Shown here: positions 8,537 to 17,681 of the stretch, one piece after another
Numbering within the stretch: the first letter of the stretch is position 1
How the letters are laid out: each line of letters starts with the position of its first letter
Source of the DNA: Promethearchaeia archaeon
GTDB taxonomy: Archaea > Asgardarchaeota > Lokiarchaeia > Sigyniarchaeales > SOKP01
Direction of reading: 5' to 3'
DNA: 24,450 nucleotides
Assembly: GCA_029856045.1 (NCBI GenBank)
Contig: JAHQWG010000037.1
Location: 1 to 24,450, forward strand
Translations under genes and position numbers: made by a program
Notes under the pieces: model-generated
Told to the model about the DNA's origin: nothing
Seen by the model: the letters and a program-made list of their open reading frames with translations, nothing else
The model's database searches: none

Positions 8537-9571
8537 TTAATTGATTAAGGTATTAGCACGTTTTAGGCATTTTTCAGCGTCTGAAACTATAGTATTGATT
8601 ATTTCCGATACGGTTTTAACGCTTTTTATAATTCCTATACTTTGACCTAAAAGCACGGCTCCATCATCCACTTTTCCATCATATATCATTTCATAATATT
8701 TTCCATCTTCTAGAACCTGTTGCAATGTTAAATTTTGTTCTTGGGCCATTTTTTCTTCTTTATCCGCCACGAGACTATGGTGTGCGGCATATTTATTTTT
8801 CCAGAGTCTAATTGGACCTAAGAAACCAGTTGTTAAAACAGTATCTACAGCTCTTGCTGGGGGAACAATAGCCTTGTAATCTGGGTGAAATTCACTTTCT
8901 TCTGAGGCTATAAATCTAGAGCCCATCGCAATTCCACCAGCACCCATAGATAAAGCGGCGGCAAGACCTTCACCAGTTGCAAAACCTCCACATGCAATTA
9001 TTGGCATATCAGGATATTTTTGTTTAACTTGCTGCAAAAGAACTAATGAGCTTATTTTCTCATAGGATTGATGACCACCACCTTCACCTCCTGTGATAAC
9101 CATGCCATCAACCCCTGTAGCAACACATTTATCAGCAAGCCATAAGGCTGGTGCCACATGGAAATGTTTTATATTTGAGCCGCTTTCTCTTAATCTTTGG
9201 AAAGCTTTAGTATATATCAGTTTTGAAGTACCAGCACTTGTAATCAAATAGATAAGCTGTTCTTTTATTTTTGGGTTGTTCATAATAAATTTTGGAACAT
9301 TTCTGCAAAGATGTTGAGCATCAAGTTGCATTCTTCCAGTTCTAATATTAAGTCCGAAAGGTTTATCGGTATGTTCTACAATATATGTCATGTCCTCTTT
9401 CATTTGTTTAAAACTATCTTTACCGTACATATTAGTATGGCTAATAACACCAAGCCCACCTGCTTCAGAAACTGCAACCGCTAATTTTGTTGTATAAAAT
9501 GGACCCATAGGCGCAGCAACAATGGGATGTTTAATCCCTAACATTTTGGTAATATTTGTTTCAAATACCAC
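8537..9571 (-). CDS. Nitronate monooxygenase / FabK-like FMN-dependent oxidoreductase
   Basis: LGIKHPIVAAPMG, AVSEAGGLGVI, GGEGGGH, IACGGFATG and MGSRF motifs; GTG start. Confidence 0.9.
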   Translation of the reverse strand: MVFETNITKMLGIKHPIVAAPMGPFYTTKLAVAVSEAGGLGVISHTNMYGKDSFKQMKEDMTYIVEHTDKPFGLNIRTGRMQLDAQHLCRNVPKFIMNNPKIKEQLIYLITSAGTSKLIYTKAFQRLRESGSNIKHFHVAPALWLADKCVATGVDGMVITGGEGGGHQSYEKISSLVLLQQVKQKYPDMPIIACGGFATGEGLAAALSMGAGGIAMGSRFIASEESEFHPDYKAIVPPARAVDTVLTTGFLGPIRLWKNKYAAHHSLVADKEEKMAQEQNLTLQQVLEDGKYYEMIYDGKVDDGAVLLGQSIGIIKSVKTVSEIINTIVSDAEKCLKRANTLIN

Positions 9572-9710
9572 TAATTATCACTTTTTATTCTTATACTATT
9601 TTTTTTGTTTTAGTTTGCTGATAGAATAAAATTATAAAGTCTTAAAAGTTTTATACTGCAAATCTATTTTATTTTTATTAAGAGATATAAAAAATCATCA
9701 TGAACATAAT

Positions 9711-10325
9711 ATGGATTTACATGTTGATTCTGAGGGTACAGCATTTTTAATTTTTGATAAGGGTTTCAGTCTTTTTACTATATCTAAACCGAGTTATTGG
9801 AAACACCAAGATAATAACGAATTAATTTCATATTCATGTGTAGGTGGTAAATTGGAAGAGGGAGAGAACCCCATAGAGGCTGGAAAAAGGGAAGTTTATG
9901 AAGAGATAGGCATAGATGTTCATATTTTTTCATCAAAAGTGACGCATCTAATAGATTTAAGATCAAATAAAAAAGTGATTGAATATAATCAAGCCATTAA
10001 GCCATTTGCAATTTATTATACCAAATTTTCAGAAAACCTGGAGGAGGATTCAGAAAATTCTACTCTTTTGGGGAGAGTATATGTTTATTTTGCAAACCTT
10101 TTGGGAGATCCTTCTCCATCATCAGAAATTCCTGCATTATTATGGCTAAAATGGGAAGATATGTTATTCAATATATCAAGTCCTATGCATTTTAATGAGA
10201 TACGTTCAAAGGGACGAATAATCGAAAAATTGGAAATCCCAAGAAATTCTTATTTTTCACCAGTAATGACTCCTGAGGTTATTGGTAAAGTATTTGGAGA
10301 TATAAAAAAGTGGATGAATCATTGA
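9711..10325 (+). CDS. Nudix hydrolase
   Basis: Nudix box GGKLEEGENPIEAGKREVYEEIG. Confidence 0.9.
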   Translation: MDLHVDSEGTAFLIFDKGFSLFTISKPSYWKHQDNNELISYSCVGGKLEEGENPIEAGKREVYEEIGIDVHIFSSKVTHLIDLRSNKKVIEYNQAIKPFAIYYTKFSENLEEDSENSTLLGRVYVYFANLLGDPSPSSEIPALLWLKWEDMLFNISSPMHFNEIRSKGRIIEKLEIPRNSYFSPVMTPEVIGKVFGDIKKWMNH

Positions 10326-10394
10326 TATTATTATCAAATTTTTATCATTTAACTGAAATTTTTTTTAAATAGTGGTTTATTCTCAATTGCAATC

Positions 10395-10409
10395 ACAAAA
10401 TTTTTATAA
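10395..10409 (+). promoter_or_regulatory. Candidate BRE/TATA; spacing implies a leaderless mRNA for the MBL gene
   Basis: CACAAAA-TTTTTATAA ends about 22 nt before ATG 10431; no Shine-Dalgarno is visible. Confidence 0.4.
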
Positions 10410-10430
10410 CTTTTTTCTATGTAAGTATTC

Positions 10431-11291
10431 ATGGTTGATATTAAGGAATGGTTTGAAATAATAAAGCATAAGGATTATCTATACGTTATTCGAGAAAAAC
10501 TTGATGAAGTTGATCCTCGTTTTAAAACAAATTATACTAATATTTTTCTGCTTCTTGGTTCTCACTCTGCCTTATTGATCGATACGGGATGTGGATTATT
10601 CCCACTAAAATCCATAGTTAATGAATTAATAGGAAATAGAAAGCTCCTGGTTTTCAATACTCACTCCCACTGGGATCATGTTGGTGGAAATGCAGAATTT
10701 GGTGAAATTTTTATTCACACAAAAGAATTATCAAAAGCTAGACGATCTAGAAATCTTTTTTTACTTAAAAGTTCTCCAAAAGAGATAGCTAAAAATTACA
10801 AGGAAATAAAATATAATCTCCCTCCAGCAGAAATCGTTAATCCCTTGAATGATGGAGATAAATTTGATTTAGGAGATCTTTCCGTTGAAATTATTCATAC
10901 TCCGGGTCATTCTAGTGGTTCGATTTCAATTCTTACAAACAGAGGAGAACTATTTACAGGCGATACTGCCCATTATGGGACTATGTATTTACCGTCTAAA
11001 CGACATTTTCCTGAATTCCTTAAAATTATCTCTAAATTAATGGAACCCTTCGAAACAAATCCAAACATTGAAATTTATCCGTCTCACGAAGATTATCCCG
11101 TTGGTAAAGAACTCTTACAGGATCTTTTTCAAGAGGTTAACAAGATCGATGATTTTTGGGAAAAGAAAAATTTCTACCCTTTTATTTTTTGTTGGTTTCT
11201 TGAAGGCGACTCTTTTAAATATATCATAAGGATGTTTATTCTTAAGGCAATTATGTTGAAATTGAAGTACATACTCGGGAAAAAGTTTTAA
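10431..11291 (+). CDS. Metallo-beta-lactamase fold hydrolase
   Basis: LIDTG, THSHWDHVGG (HxHxDH), HTPGHS, LFTGD and YPSH motifs. Confidence 0.92.
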   Translation: MVDIKEWFEIIKHKDYLYVIREKLDEVDPRFKTNYTNIFLLLGSHSALLIDTGCGLFPLKSIVNELIGNRKLLVFNTHSHWDHVGGNAEFGEIFIHTKELSKARRSRNLFLLKSSPKEIAKNYKEIKYNLPPAEIVNPLNDGDKFDLGDLSVEIIHTPGHSSGSISILTNRGELFTGDTAHYGTMYLPSKRHFPEFLKIISKLMEPFETNPNIEIYPSHEDYPVGKELLQDLFQEVNKIDDFWEKKNFYPFIFCWFLEGDSFKYIIRMFILKAIMLKLKYILGKKF

Positions 11292-11334
11292 TCCTTTGAG
11301 ATTACAAAAAAAAAGGAACTATTAATCATTTATT

Positions 11335-12591
11335 TTACTTATTAGCCTCATCGTCGTCCGTGTGGATTCTTTTAAGGTCTATTTCACTATATCCTGGCAA
11401 AACATTTATGAGGTTTCTCATAGATCGTTCAACATCCTTACTTGAGGCAATATATCTTCCAATAATTAATATATCTGCTCCCATTTTAATTGCATATTGA
11501 GCAGTCTCGGGTTCTATCCCTCCTGCAACAGCTACAAGCACTCTATCTCTCCCAGAAACAAGTTTTTTATCTTTATAAAACTCTTTAATTTTTGGAACCC
11601 ATGCCCATTTCTGATGTTGAAGATCGTTAGTTTCTACACTTTCGGTATCTATTCCTCTATGTAATATTACTACATCAGGAATTTCCTTTAGTTGGGATAA
11701 TTTTACTATAGGGTCATCAACTTCCATCATATCTATATACGCATAGATACCTACTCTATGGGCTTCAAATATAAATTTATCAAGCATGACCGGAGATGCA
11801 AGACCTGAAGCAACCACAGCATCTGCGGTGGCATCAAAAGCAAAATCTACTTCAAGTTTTCCAACATCTAAAGTTTTTAAATCAGCGACTAAAAATACAT
11901 CTGGCAATTCTTCTCTTAGTTTTACAACTGCATCCATTCCATATTTTTTTATCAAGGGAGTTCCAGCTTCAATAATTATTCTATCACTTCTTGGTAATTG
12001 CGAAACAACTTTCATTTGATGGTCTATTGAGGGATGATCCAATGCTACCTGAATATAAGGTGGCCTCCATAAACGTGGCATCTTGATTCCAGAGACTGGG
12101 TGTTTTGCTCTATCTTTATCATAAAATATTTTCTTAATTGTAGGATATTTTTCAATTGCTCTTTTGATTGCTAATTTTGTTGCACCATAATTATATTGGT
12201 AAATTCGTCTATAATCTAAAGCACCTGGGTGAATAAAACAGCTAACTACAATCACCCAATCGTCGGCTTTATTGATTGGGATCACCCCTTCTTCTAAAGA
12301 ATCTGCTACGGCTTTGGCGATTGCTGCCTGGGCTGGTCCAAAAATTTTACTTGCATCCTCTAGATTTCCAATAGTAACTTTTGGAATTATTAAGGTTTGG
12401 GGTTTTGGTGTTAAATTAGGTCGAATTACGGCTAATAAAGCGCCGTGACCGGCACTAGGTTGGGTCATTGCATTTGCAAAAGCTTGTCCAACAGGTCCGT
12501 TTTTAGATCCAATCATTAAGTCAATGTGAGCTAGGTTTTCTTTCTCACCAAGAAGCGCTTCACCTATTAAAAATTCATCTTTAGAGGGCAT
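11335..12591 (-). CDS. fae-hps: Bifunctional formaldehyde-activating enzyme / 3-hexulose-6-phosphate synthase
   Basis: N-terminal Fae (IGEAL, AHIDLMIG, FGPAQAAIAKAVAD, YNYGATKLAI). C-terminal HPS (QVALD, IEAGTPLIK, VADLKTLDVG, LHRGID, VAVAGGI). ATG at 12591 is preferred. Confidence 0.95.
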   Translation of the reverse strand: MPSKDEFLIGEALLGEKENLAHIDLMIGSKNGPVGQAFANAMTQPSAGHGALLAVIRPNLTPKPQTLIIPKVTIGNLEDASKIFGPAQAAIAKAVADSLEEGVIPINKADDWVIVVSCFIHPGALDYRRIYQYNYGATKLAIKRAIEKYPTIKKIFYDKDRAKHPVSGIKMPRLWRPPYIQVALDHPSIDHQMKVVSQLPRSDRIIIEAGTPLIKKYGMDAVVKLREELPDVFLVADLKTLDVGKLEVDFAFDATADAVVASGLASPVMLDKFIFEAHRVGIYAYIDMMEVDDPIVKLSQLKEIPDVVILHRGIDTESVETNDLQHQKWAWVPKIKEFYKDKKLVSGRDRVLVAVAGGIEPETAQYAIKMGADILIIGRYIASSKDVERSMRNLINVLPGYSEIDLKRIHTDDDEANK

Positions 12592-12723
12592 ATAAATCAA
12601 TTTTTTTTTTAATTATTTTAAAATATTATCCACTATGTAAAAAGAGATTGTCAATTTATTAAAATTTAAGTATTATGAGGGTATTAGTTTGAGGTAAATT
12701 TGAAAGGGATATTTTTTTTAAAC

Positions 12724-13584
12724 TTATTCTAAATCAATTTTATCTTTATCAACTTTATTAACATTTAGTTGTTCTTTTATTGGCTCATCTATTAAATTTT
12801 CAGGAATTTTCATTGAATTAAAAATAGAATTCATTTCTCCAGGTCGATTGAATTTTTCTTCCATAAAAATTGGGATCTTTAATTGTTCGCCCTTAACTTT
12901 TAAATCTTCTGGAATATAATATTCTATCGCCTGAACTTTACCATCTTTTATTATTAATCTTATAGAATACTCGTATGTATTATCAAAATAGAAGCCATTA
13001 GGAATTTGTCCCAATTTTTTTATTGTTTTTATTTCATCAATTTTAGTTATATATGAATTGAGTTCAGATTCATAGGAATAGAAATCCCCTCCTATAAGAA
13101 TAATTTTAGGATGGAAATCTTCTGGTTGAGGGATAGATTTAAGCAATTCTAATGCATCTTTTTTATTTATACCAGAATGTACACACATATCTGTTAATTT
13201 TGTAGCTTTTTCTCCTGGTATAGTAAAACTATCATAATCATCTCGTGTAATAACTCGAGCCCTACCAGGTCCAACTTGTTGTTCAAATATTTTTTGAATT
13301 ATTTTATCATCAAAAGAATATTCATTCATATTAGAAATTCTATAAAATAATCTAAGTTGGGCTCTAAATTTTCTTGCTAAGATTCCCCCAAACATTTGCA
13401 GTTTTAAGGAAGTTTTTGGTCCATAGTAAGTCCAAATTCTTTTTTCATTATGATCAATTAAAATTAATACTTTCTTATTATCAATTAGATCTTTAACGGT
13501 TTCTTTTTTAGATATATCTGTAAATATTTCTTTTGTTTCCATATATGGTGGTTCTTTAAGTTCAATAACTTCAAAAACTTGCAT
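12724..13584 (-). CDS. Divergent gelsolin-domain protein with C-terminal extra domain (Asgard 1DGelX-like)
   Basis: N-terminus LIDNKKVLILIDHNEKRIWTYYGPKTSLKLQMFGGILARKFR fits the gelsolin core (L..v.liD...iW..G..s...f.a...A). The C-terminal beta-rich domain is PQPEDFHPKIILIG...IPNGFYF...IRLIIKDGKVQAIEY. SD GAGGT lies upstream. Confidence 0.6.
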   Translation of the reverse strand: MQVFEVIELKEPPYMETKEIFTDISKKETVKDLIDNKKVLILIDHNEKRIWTYYGPKTSLKLQMFGGILARKFRAQLRLFYRISNMNEYSFDDKIIQKIFEQQVGPGRARVITRDDYDSFTIPGEKATKLTDMCVHSGINKKDALELLKSIPQPEDFHPKIILIGGDFYSYESELNSYITKIDEIKTIKKLGQIPNGFYFDNTYEYSIRLIIKDGKVQAIEYYIPEDLKVKGEQLKIPIFMEEKFNRPGEMNSIFNSMKIPENLIDEPIKEQLNVNKVDKDKIDLE

Positions 13585-13604
13585 GAGTTACCTCATCATC
13601 TTTT

Positions 13605-14963
13605 TTATTTAAGTGCTACTCTTCCAATAGCTCTAAAAGTTAATTTTTTATCAAATTCTTCAAAAGAAAAAATTCTTCTTCCGTCAATAACAAATGGATT
13701 TTTCATTAATCTTATGAACTTGCTAGGTTTCAGTGTTTTAAATTCATCCCAGTCTGTTATAATTATTGCACAATCAGCATCTTTTAATAATTCCTCAATA
13801 TTATTGGCATATTGAATTTTATTTCCCAATACTTCTCTTGCTGATTGTTTTGCTTTTGGATCATATCCAATAATATTAGAAGTATTTCTTCTATTTAATT
13901 CATTAATAATTCTTATACTTGGAGCCTGTCGCATATCATCGGTACCAGGCTTAAAGGCAAGCCCTAATAATGCAATTTTCTTATTTGAAAGATCATTTAA
14001 GGTGTTTTCTGCAAGATCTACAATGTGAATTGCTTGGTCATCGTTAATATCAATTATTGCATTTAATATTCGTGGATTATATCCTTTAGTTTGTGCAAAT
14101 GCTTTAATTGCATTAATATCTTTTGGAAAACAAGAACCTCCGAATCCAACTCCCGCCCCAAGAAATCTTTCACAAATCCTGTAGTCAAGACCGACACCCT
14201 TCATAACTTTAACTATATCAACTCCAGGAACAAGTTCTGCTAAATTAGCAAATTCATTAGCATAACTGATTTTTGTTGCTAATAAGCAATTATTCCCATA
14301 TTTAACTAACTCCGCACTCTCCAAATTCATTCTTAATATAGGTGCTTTTTTCAAGTGTTCTCCATAAAAAGACTCATATAATTCTTGTAAAGTATCACCA
14401 CTTTTTTTATCAAATTCTCCAATTACAATCCTGTCCGGGTAGAAAGTATCCTCAATAGAACGTCCCTCAGCTAAGAATTCAGGTTGCATACATAACCCAA
14501 AATCCTTCCCAGGTTCCTTTCCACTAATTTTTTGAATTGTGCTTCCAACAAGATTTCTTGTAGTTCCTGGAATAACTGTCGACCTAACAACTATTAGATG
14601 ATAATCGTCTTTTATTCTCAACACTTCGCCAATTTCTTTAGCAGCTTTTTCCATAAGAGTTAAATCTATTCTTTTATCTTCTCCCATCGGAGTTCCAACG
14701 ATAATCATTGAAATATCAGTATCTAGAATAGCTTGTTTTCTTCCTACTAAACACTTAAAATTTCCATCATTTCGATTTACTACCTCTTTCAATATCTCTT
14801 CTATCCCCACTTCATAAAAAGGAGCAACACCTTGATTAATTAAAGTAGCCTTCTTTTCATTATGAGTTGAAGCAATAACCTTTATTCCCCTATAAGCAAA
14901 GCAAACTGCACTACACAAGCCAACAAAGCCAGTTCCAAGGATTGAAACACTTAATTTCTTCAT
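13605..14963 (-). CDS. ugd: UDP-glucose/GDP-mannose dehydrogenase family (UDP-glucose 6-dehydrogenase, AglM-like)
   Basis: GTGFVG Rossmann motif, VGTP, RSTVIPGT, PEFLAEG, catalytic GFGGSCFPKD, GLAFKPGTDDMR, DGRR. Confidence 0.93.
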   Translation of the reverse strand: MKKLSVSILGTGFVGLCSAVCFAYRGIKVIASTHNEKKATLINQGVAPFYEVGIEEILKEVVNRNDGNFKCLVGRKQAILDTDISMIIVGTPMGEDKRIDLTLMEKAAKEIGEVLRIKDDYHLIVVRSTVIPGTTRNLVGSTIQKISGKEPGKDFGLCMQPEFLAEGRSIEDTFYPDRIVIGEFDKKSGDTLQELYESFYGEHLKKAPILRMNLESAELVKYGNNCLLATKISYANEFANLAELVPGVDIVKVMKGVGLDYRICERFLGAGVGFGGSCFPKDINAIKAFAQTKGYNPRILNAIIDINDDQAIHIVDLAENTLNDLSNKKIALLGLAFKPGTDDMRQAPSIRIINELNRRNTSNIIGYDPKAKQSAREVLGNKIQYANNIEELLKDADCAIIITDWDEFKTLKPSKFIRLMKNPFVIDGRRIFSFEEFDKKLTFRAIGRVALK

Positions 14964-15074
14964 AATAAATTAAAGAATTTGGTCTTTAAATTTTTTTATT
15001 TCTTTTATCTTTAGAAAATCTTTTAAGTTTTGGTTGTTTAATTTTTTTATAACCAATCTATCATAAGAAATAAT

Positions 15075-15500
15075 ATGTCTGAAAAGCCCTCTTATAAATT
15101 AAATATCTCTGGTGGTAACTCTGGTCCCGGCAAAGGAAAAACAAAATTAATTCAAGTAGATCAATCTAAAGTAGATCTGAAAGGTTTAAAAATCGGTGAT
15201 ACGATTAAGGGAGACCAAATTGGTCTTGTAGGATATGAGTTAGAAATCACAGGTGGATCCGATAGCAGTGGTTTTCCACTGAGAAAAGATATAGATGGGC
15301 CTTTAAAGAAAAAAATTCTCATTTCAAAAGGAATAGGTTATAAACCAAAGAGAAAAGGAGAACGAAGACGAAAAACTATGCGTGGGAATGAAATATCTTT
15401 TGATACAAGTTTAATTAATCTAAAGATTATAAAATACGGAAGTTCTAAATTTTTGGACAAAACAGAGAAGAAAGAACCTATAGAAAAAGAAAAAAAGTAA
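15075..15500 (+). CDS. rps6e: 30S ribosomal protein S6e (eS6)
   Basis: GLKIGDTI, LEITGGSDSSGFPLR, GERRRKTMRGNEI. Confidence 0.97.
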   Translation: MSEKPSYKLNISGGNSGPGKGKTKLIQVDQSKVDLKGLKIGDTIKGDQIGLVGYELEITGGSDSSGFPLRKDIDGPLKKKILISKGIGYKPKRKGERRRKTMRGNEISFDTSLINLKIIKYGSSKFLDKTEKKEPIEKEKK

Positions 15501-15541
15501 TACTTATTCATTAATACTTAAAAAAATTGGAGATAATAAAT

Positions 15542-15724
15542 ATGGTAAAAGTTCGAAATTGCTCATTCTGTGGTTATAATATTCCAGTTGGACGAGGAAT
15601 AATGTATATAAAAAATGACGGAATTATTCTCAACTTTTGCTCGAATAAATGCCGTAAAGCAATGCTTAAATATAAAAAGAATCCAAGGAAAACCCGTTGG
15701 ACTAAATTTTTTGGAAAACAATAA
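15542..15724 (+). CDS. rpl24e: 50S ribosomal protein L24e (eL24)
   Basis: CSFCG...PVGRG...FCSNKC...NPRKTRWT. ATG 15542 follows SD GGAG. Confidence 0.97.
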   Translation: MVKVRNCSFCGYNIPVGRGIMYIKNDGIILNFCSNKCRKAMLKYKKNPRKTRWTKFFGKQ

Positions 15725-15729
15725 TTTTT

Positions 15730-15933
15730 TTATTGTAAGCGCGGAAAATTTAATATTTCATCGATTAAATTTATATGACTAACGATCATACGCTTACAGC
15801 AAAATCTGGTAATATTTAATTTTTTAAAAGCATCTTCCGAGGGAATCCCTTTTTTTACTGTCATTTCAATATATGGTTCGTATAAATCCCCAATTAATTT
15901 TCCACAGCTAAAGCATCGGATTGGTATAATCAA
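15730..15933 (-). CDS. rpoN: DNA-directed RNA polymerase subunit N (Rpo10)
   Basis: MIIPIRCFSCGK...RFCCKRM; TTG start. Confidence 0.97.
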   Translation of the reverse strand: MIIPIRCFSCGKLIGDLYEPYIEMTVKKGIPSEDAFKKLNITRFCCKRMIVSHINLIDEILNFPRLQ

Positions 15934-16167
15934 TTAATTTTTTCAGCTTTTTCCTTTTTTTTTGTATATTTTTTAACTAATTTTTAGTTATTAACTAGCA
16001 ATAAATCCTTCCTAAAAAATTTTATTGATATATAGAATTTTCAATTTTTAAAAATACAATATTTTTTTAGAGATTATTGATTTTCCAAATAATTTTTATG
16101 TTTATATAACTTTTTTAATTTAATTTTATTGTATTAGATATTACTTTAAGTTATAAATAATTATAAA

Positions 16168-17658
16168 ATGTCTCAAAGTACAAGTAGATTCTTAAGGTTC
16201 TTCTCCCCATTTATCAGAGCAATGCCGGAAATAAGAACTCCAGATAGAGAAGTATCTTTTAAAGAAAAAATAATATGGACCGCATTAGCTTTAATTATTT
16301 ATTTAGTTATGAGTAATATCCCATTATATGGGGTTAGTATTCAACAAACTGAAGACTATTTCTATTGGTTGCGAGTTATTTTGGCCTCTCAGAGGGGGAC
16401 ATTAACGGAGCTGGGGATAGGTCCGATTGTAACCGCAGGTCTGATTATGCAGTTATTAATGGGTTCAGGTATTATAAAGATAAATATGGCAGATCCTTAT
16501 GATCGGAGTATGTTTACTGGAGCCCAAAAAATTTTAGCCATGTTTCTTACGGTATTTAACACTGTAGCATATTTATTTGGAGGTGCTTTTGGATCTCTTG
16601 AAGAAATTGGTCCTGCAGCTGTTATTTTCATATTTCTCCAACTGTTTTTTTCGGGAATGATTATAATTTTACTAGATGAAATGTTACAGAAAGGTTGGGG
16701 TATTGGCTCAGGCGTATCTCTTTTTATTGCAGCTGGAATTGCAGGACAAGTATTTTGGAATTGTTTTAGTTTCGTAGAAATGACTGGAGAAAATTATGAT
16801 AATATGCCCCGTGGTATAGTTATTGCGTTTTTCAAAGCGATTATTAATCCTGCTGATTCTGTTCCAATTGGGGATTTGTGGCTTCGTCCTTCCAATTTGC
16901 CTGGACTATTAAGTATCATAACAACAATAGGTATATTTATTATGGTTGTGTATTTTGAAAGTGTTAATATTGAGATTCCTCTGGCTTACAGTGGATATCG
17001 AGGGTTCCAGGGAAAGTACCCTATCAAATTGCTTTATGTATCAAATATTCCAGTTATTTTAGTATCAGCTCTATATGCAAATATACTGTTTTTAGGTCAA
17101 ATAATTGCAGGACCAAATTCAGCTCTCCGTGGAGTAATTCCTGATTTTTTGTTAAATGTAATTGCTTCTTATGCAGACGACCCAACAGCAACTGGTCCAG
17201 GTGGAAGTTATTTAAATCCAATTGGGGGTATTCTTTATTTAATGACGCCTCCGCAAGGGTTTGAATCAGTTCTTGGAGATCCTTTGCGAGCTCTTATTTA
17301 TTTGGGGATATTTATCGTATTCTGTGTAATATTCGGAAGGGTTTGGGTTGAAGTTTCTGGATTGGCTCCACGAGATATTGCAGGACAAATTATAGATAGT
17401 GGAATGGAAATTCCAGGATTTAGAAGATCTGAGAAGATTATTGAGCGAATCTTGGCCAGATATATACCCACATTGACAATATTATGCGGAATAATAGTAG
17501 GATTCCTTAGTTTCACCTCGGATGCGTTAGGAGCACTTTCTTCAGGAACAGGGTTATTAATCGCCATAGGAATTATTCATCAGTATGCCGAAACAATTTC
17601 AAAGGAAGCGGCTGCTGAACAATACCCAGCTCTTCGAGGATTTTTAGGATTAGATTAA
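16168..17658 (+). CDS. secY: Preprotein translocase subunit SecY/Sec61alpha
   Basis: GTLTELGIGPIVTAGLIMQLL, LDEMLQKGWGIGSGVSLFIA, YPIKLLYVSNIPVIL, IPGFR, SGTGLLIA. Confidence 0.98.
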   Translation: MSQSTSRFLRFFSPFIRAMPEIRTPDREVSFKEKIIWTALALIIYLVMSNIPLYGVSIQQTEDYFYWLRVILASQRGTLTELGIGPIVTAGLIMQLLMGSGIIKINMADPYDRSMFTGAQKILAMFLTVFNTVAYLFGGAFGSLEEIGPAAVIFIFLQLFFSGMIIILLDEMLQKGWGIGSGVSLFIAAGIAGQVFWNCFSFVEMTGENYDNMPRGIVIAFFKAIINPADSVPIGDLWLRPSNLPGLLSIITTIGIFIMVVYFESVNIEIPLAYSGYRGFQGKYPIKLLYVSNIPVILVSALYANILFLGQIIAGPNSALRGVIPDFLLNVIASYADDPTATGPGGSYLNPIGGILYLMTPPQGFESVLGDPLRALIYLGIFIVFCVIFGRVWVEVSGLAPRDIAGQIIDSGMEIPGFRRSEKIIERILARYIPTLTILCGIIVGFLSFTSDALGALSSGTGLLIAIGIIHQYAETISKEAAAEQYPALRGFLGLD

Positions 17659-17681
17659 AAAATATATAGGAGGTTAGAAAT

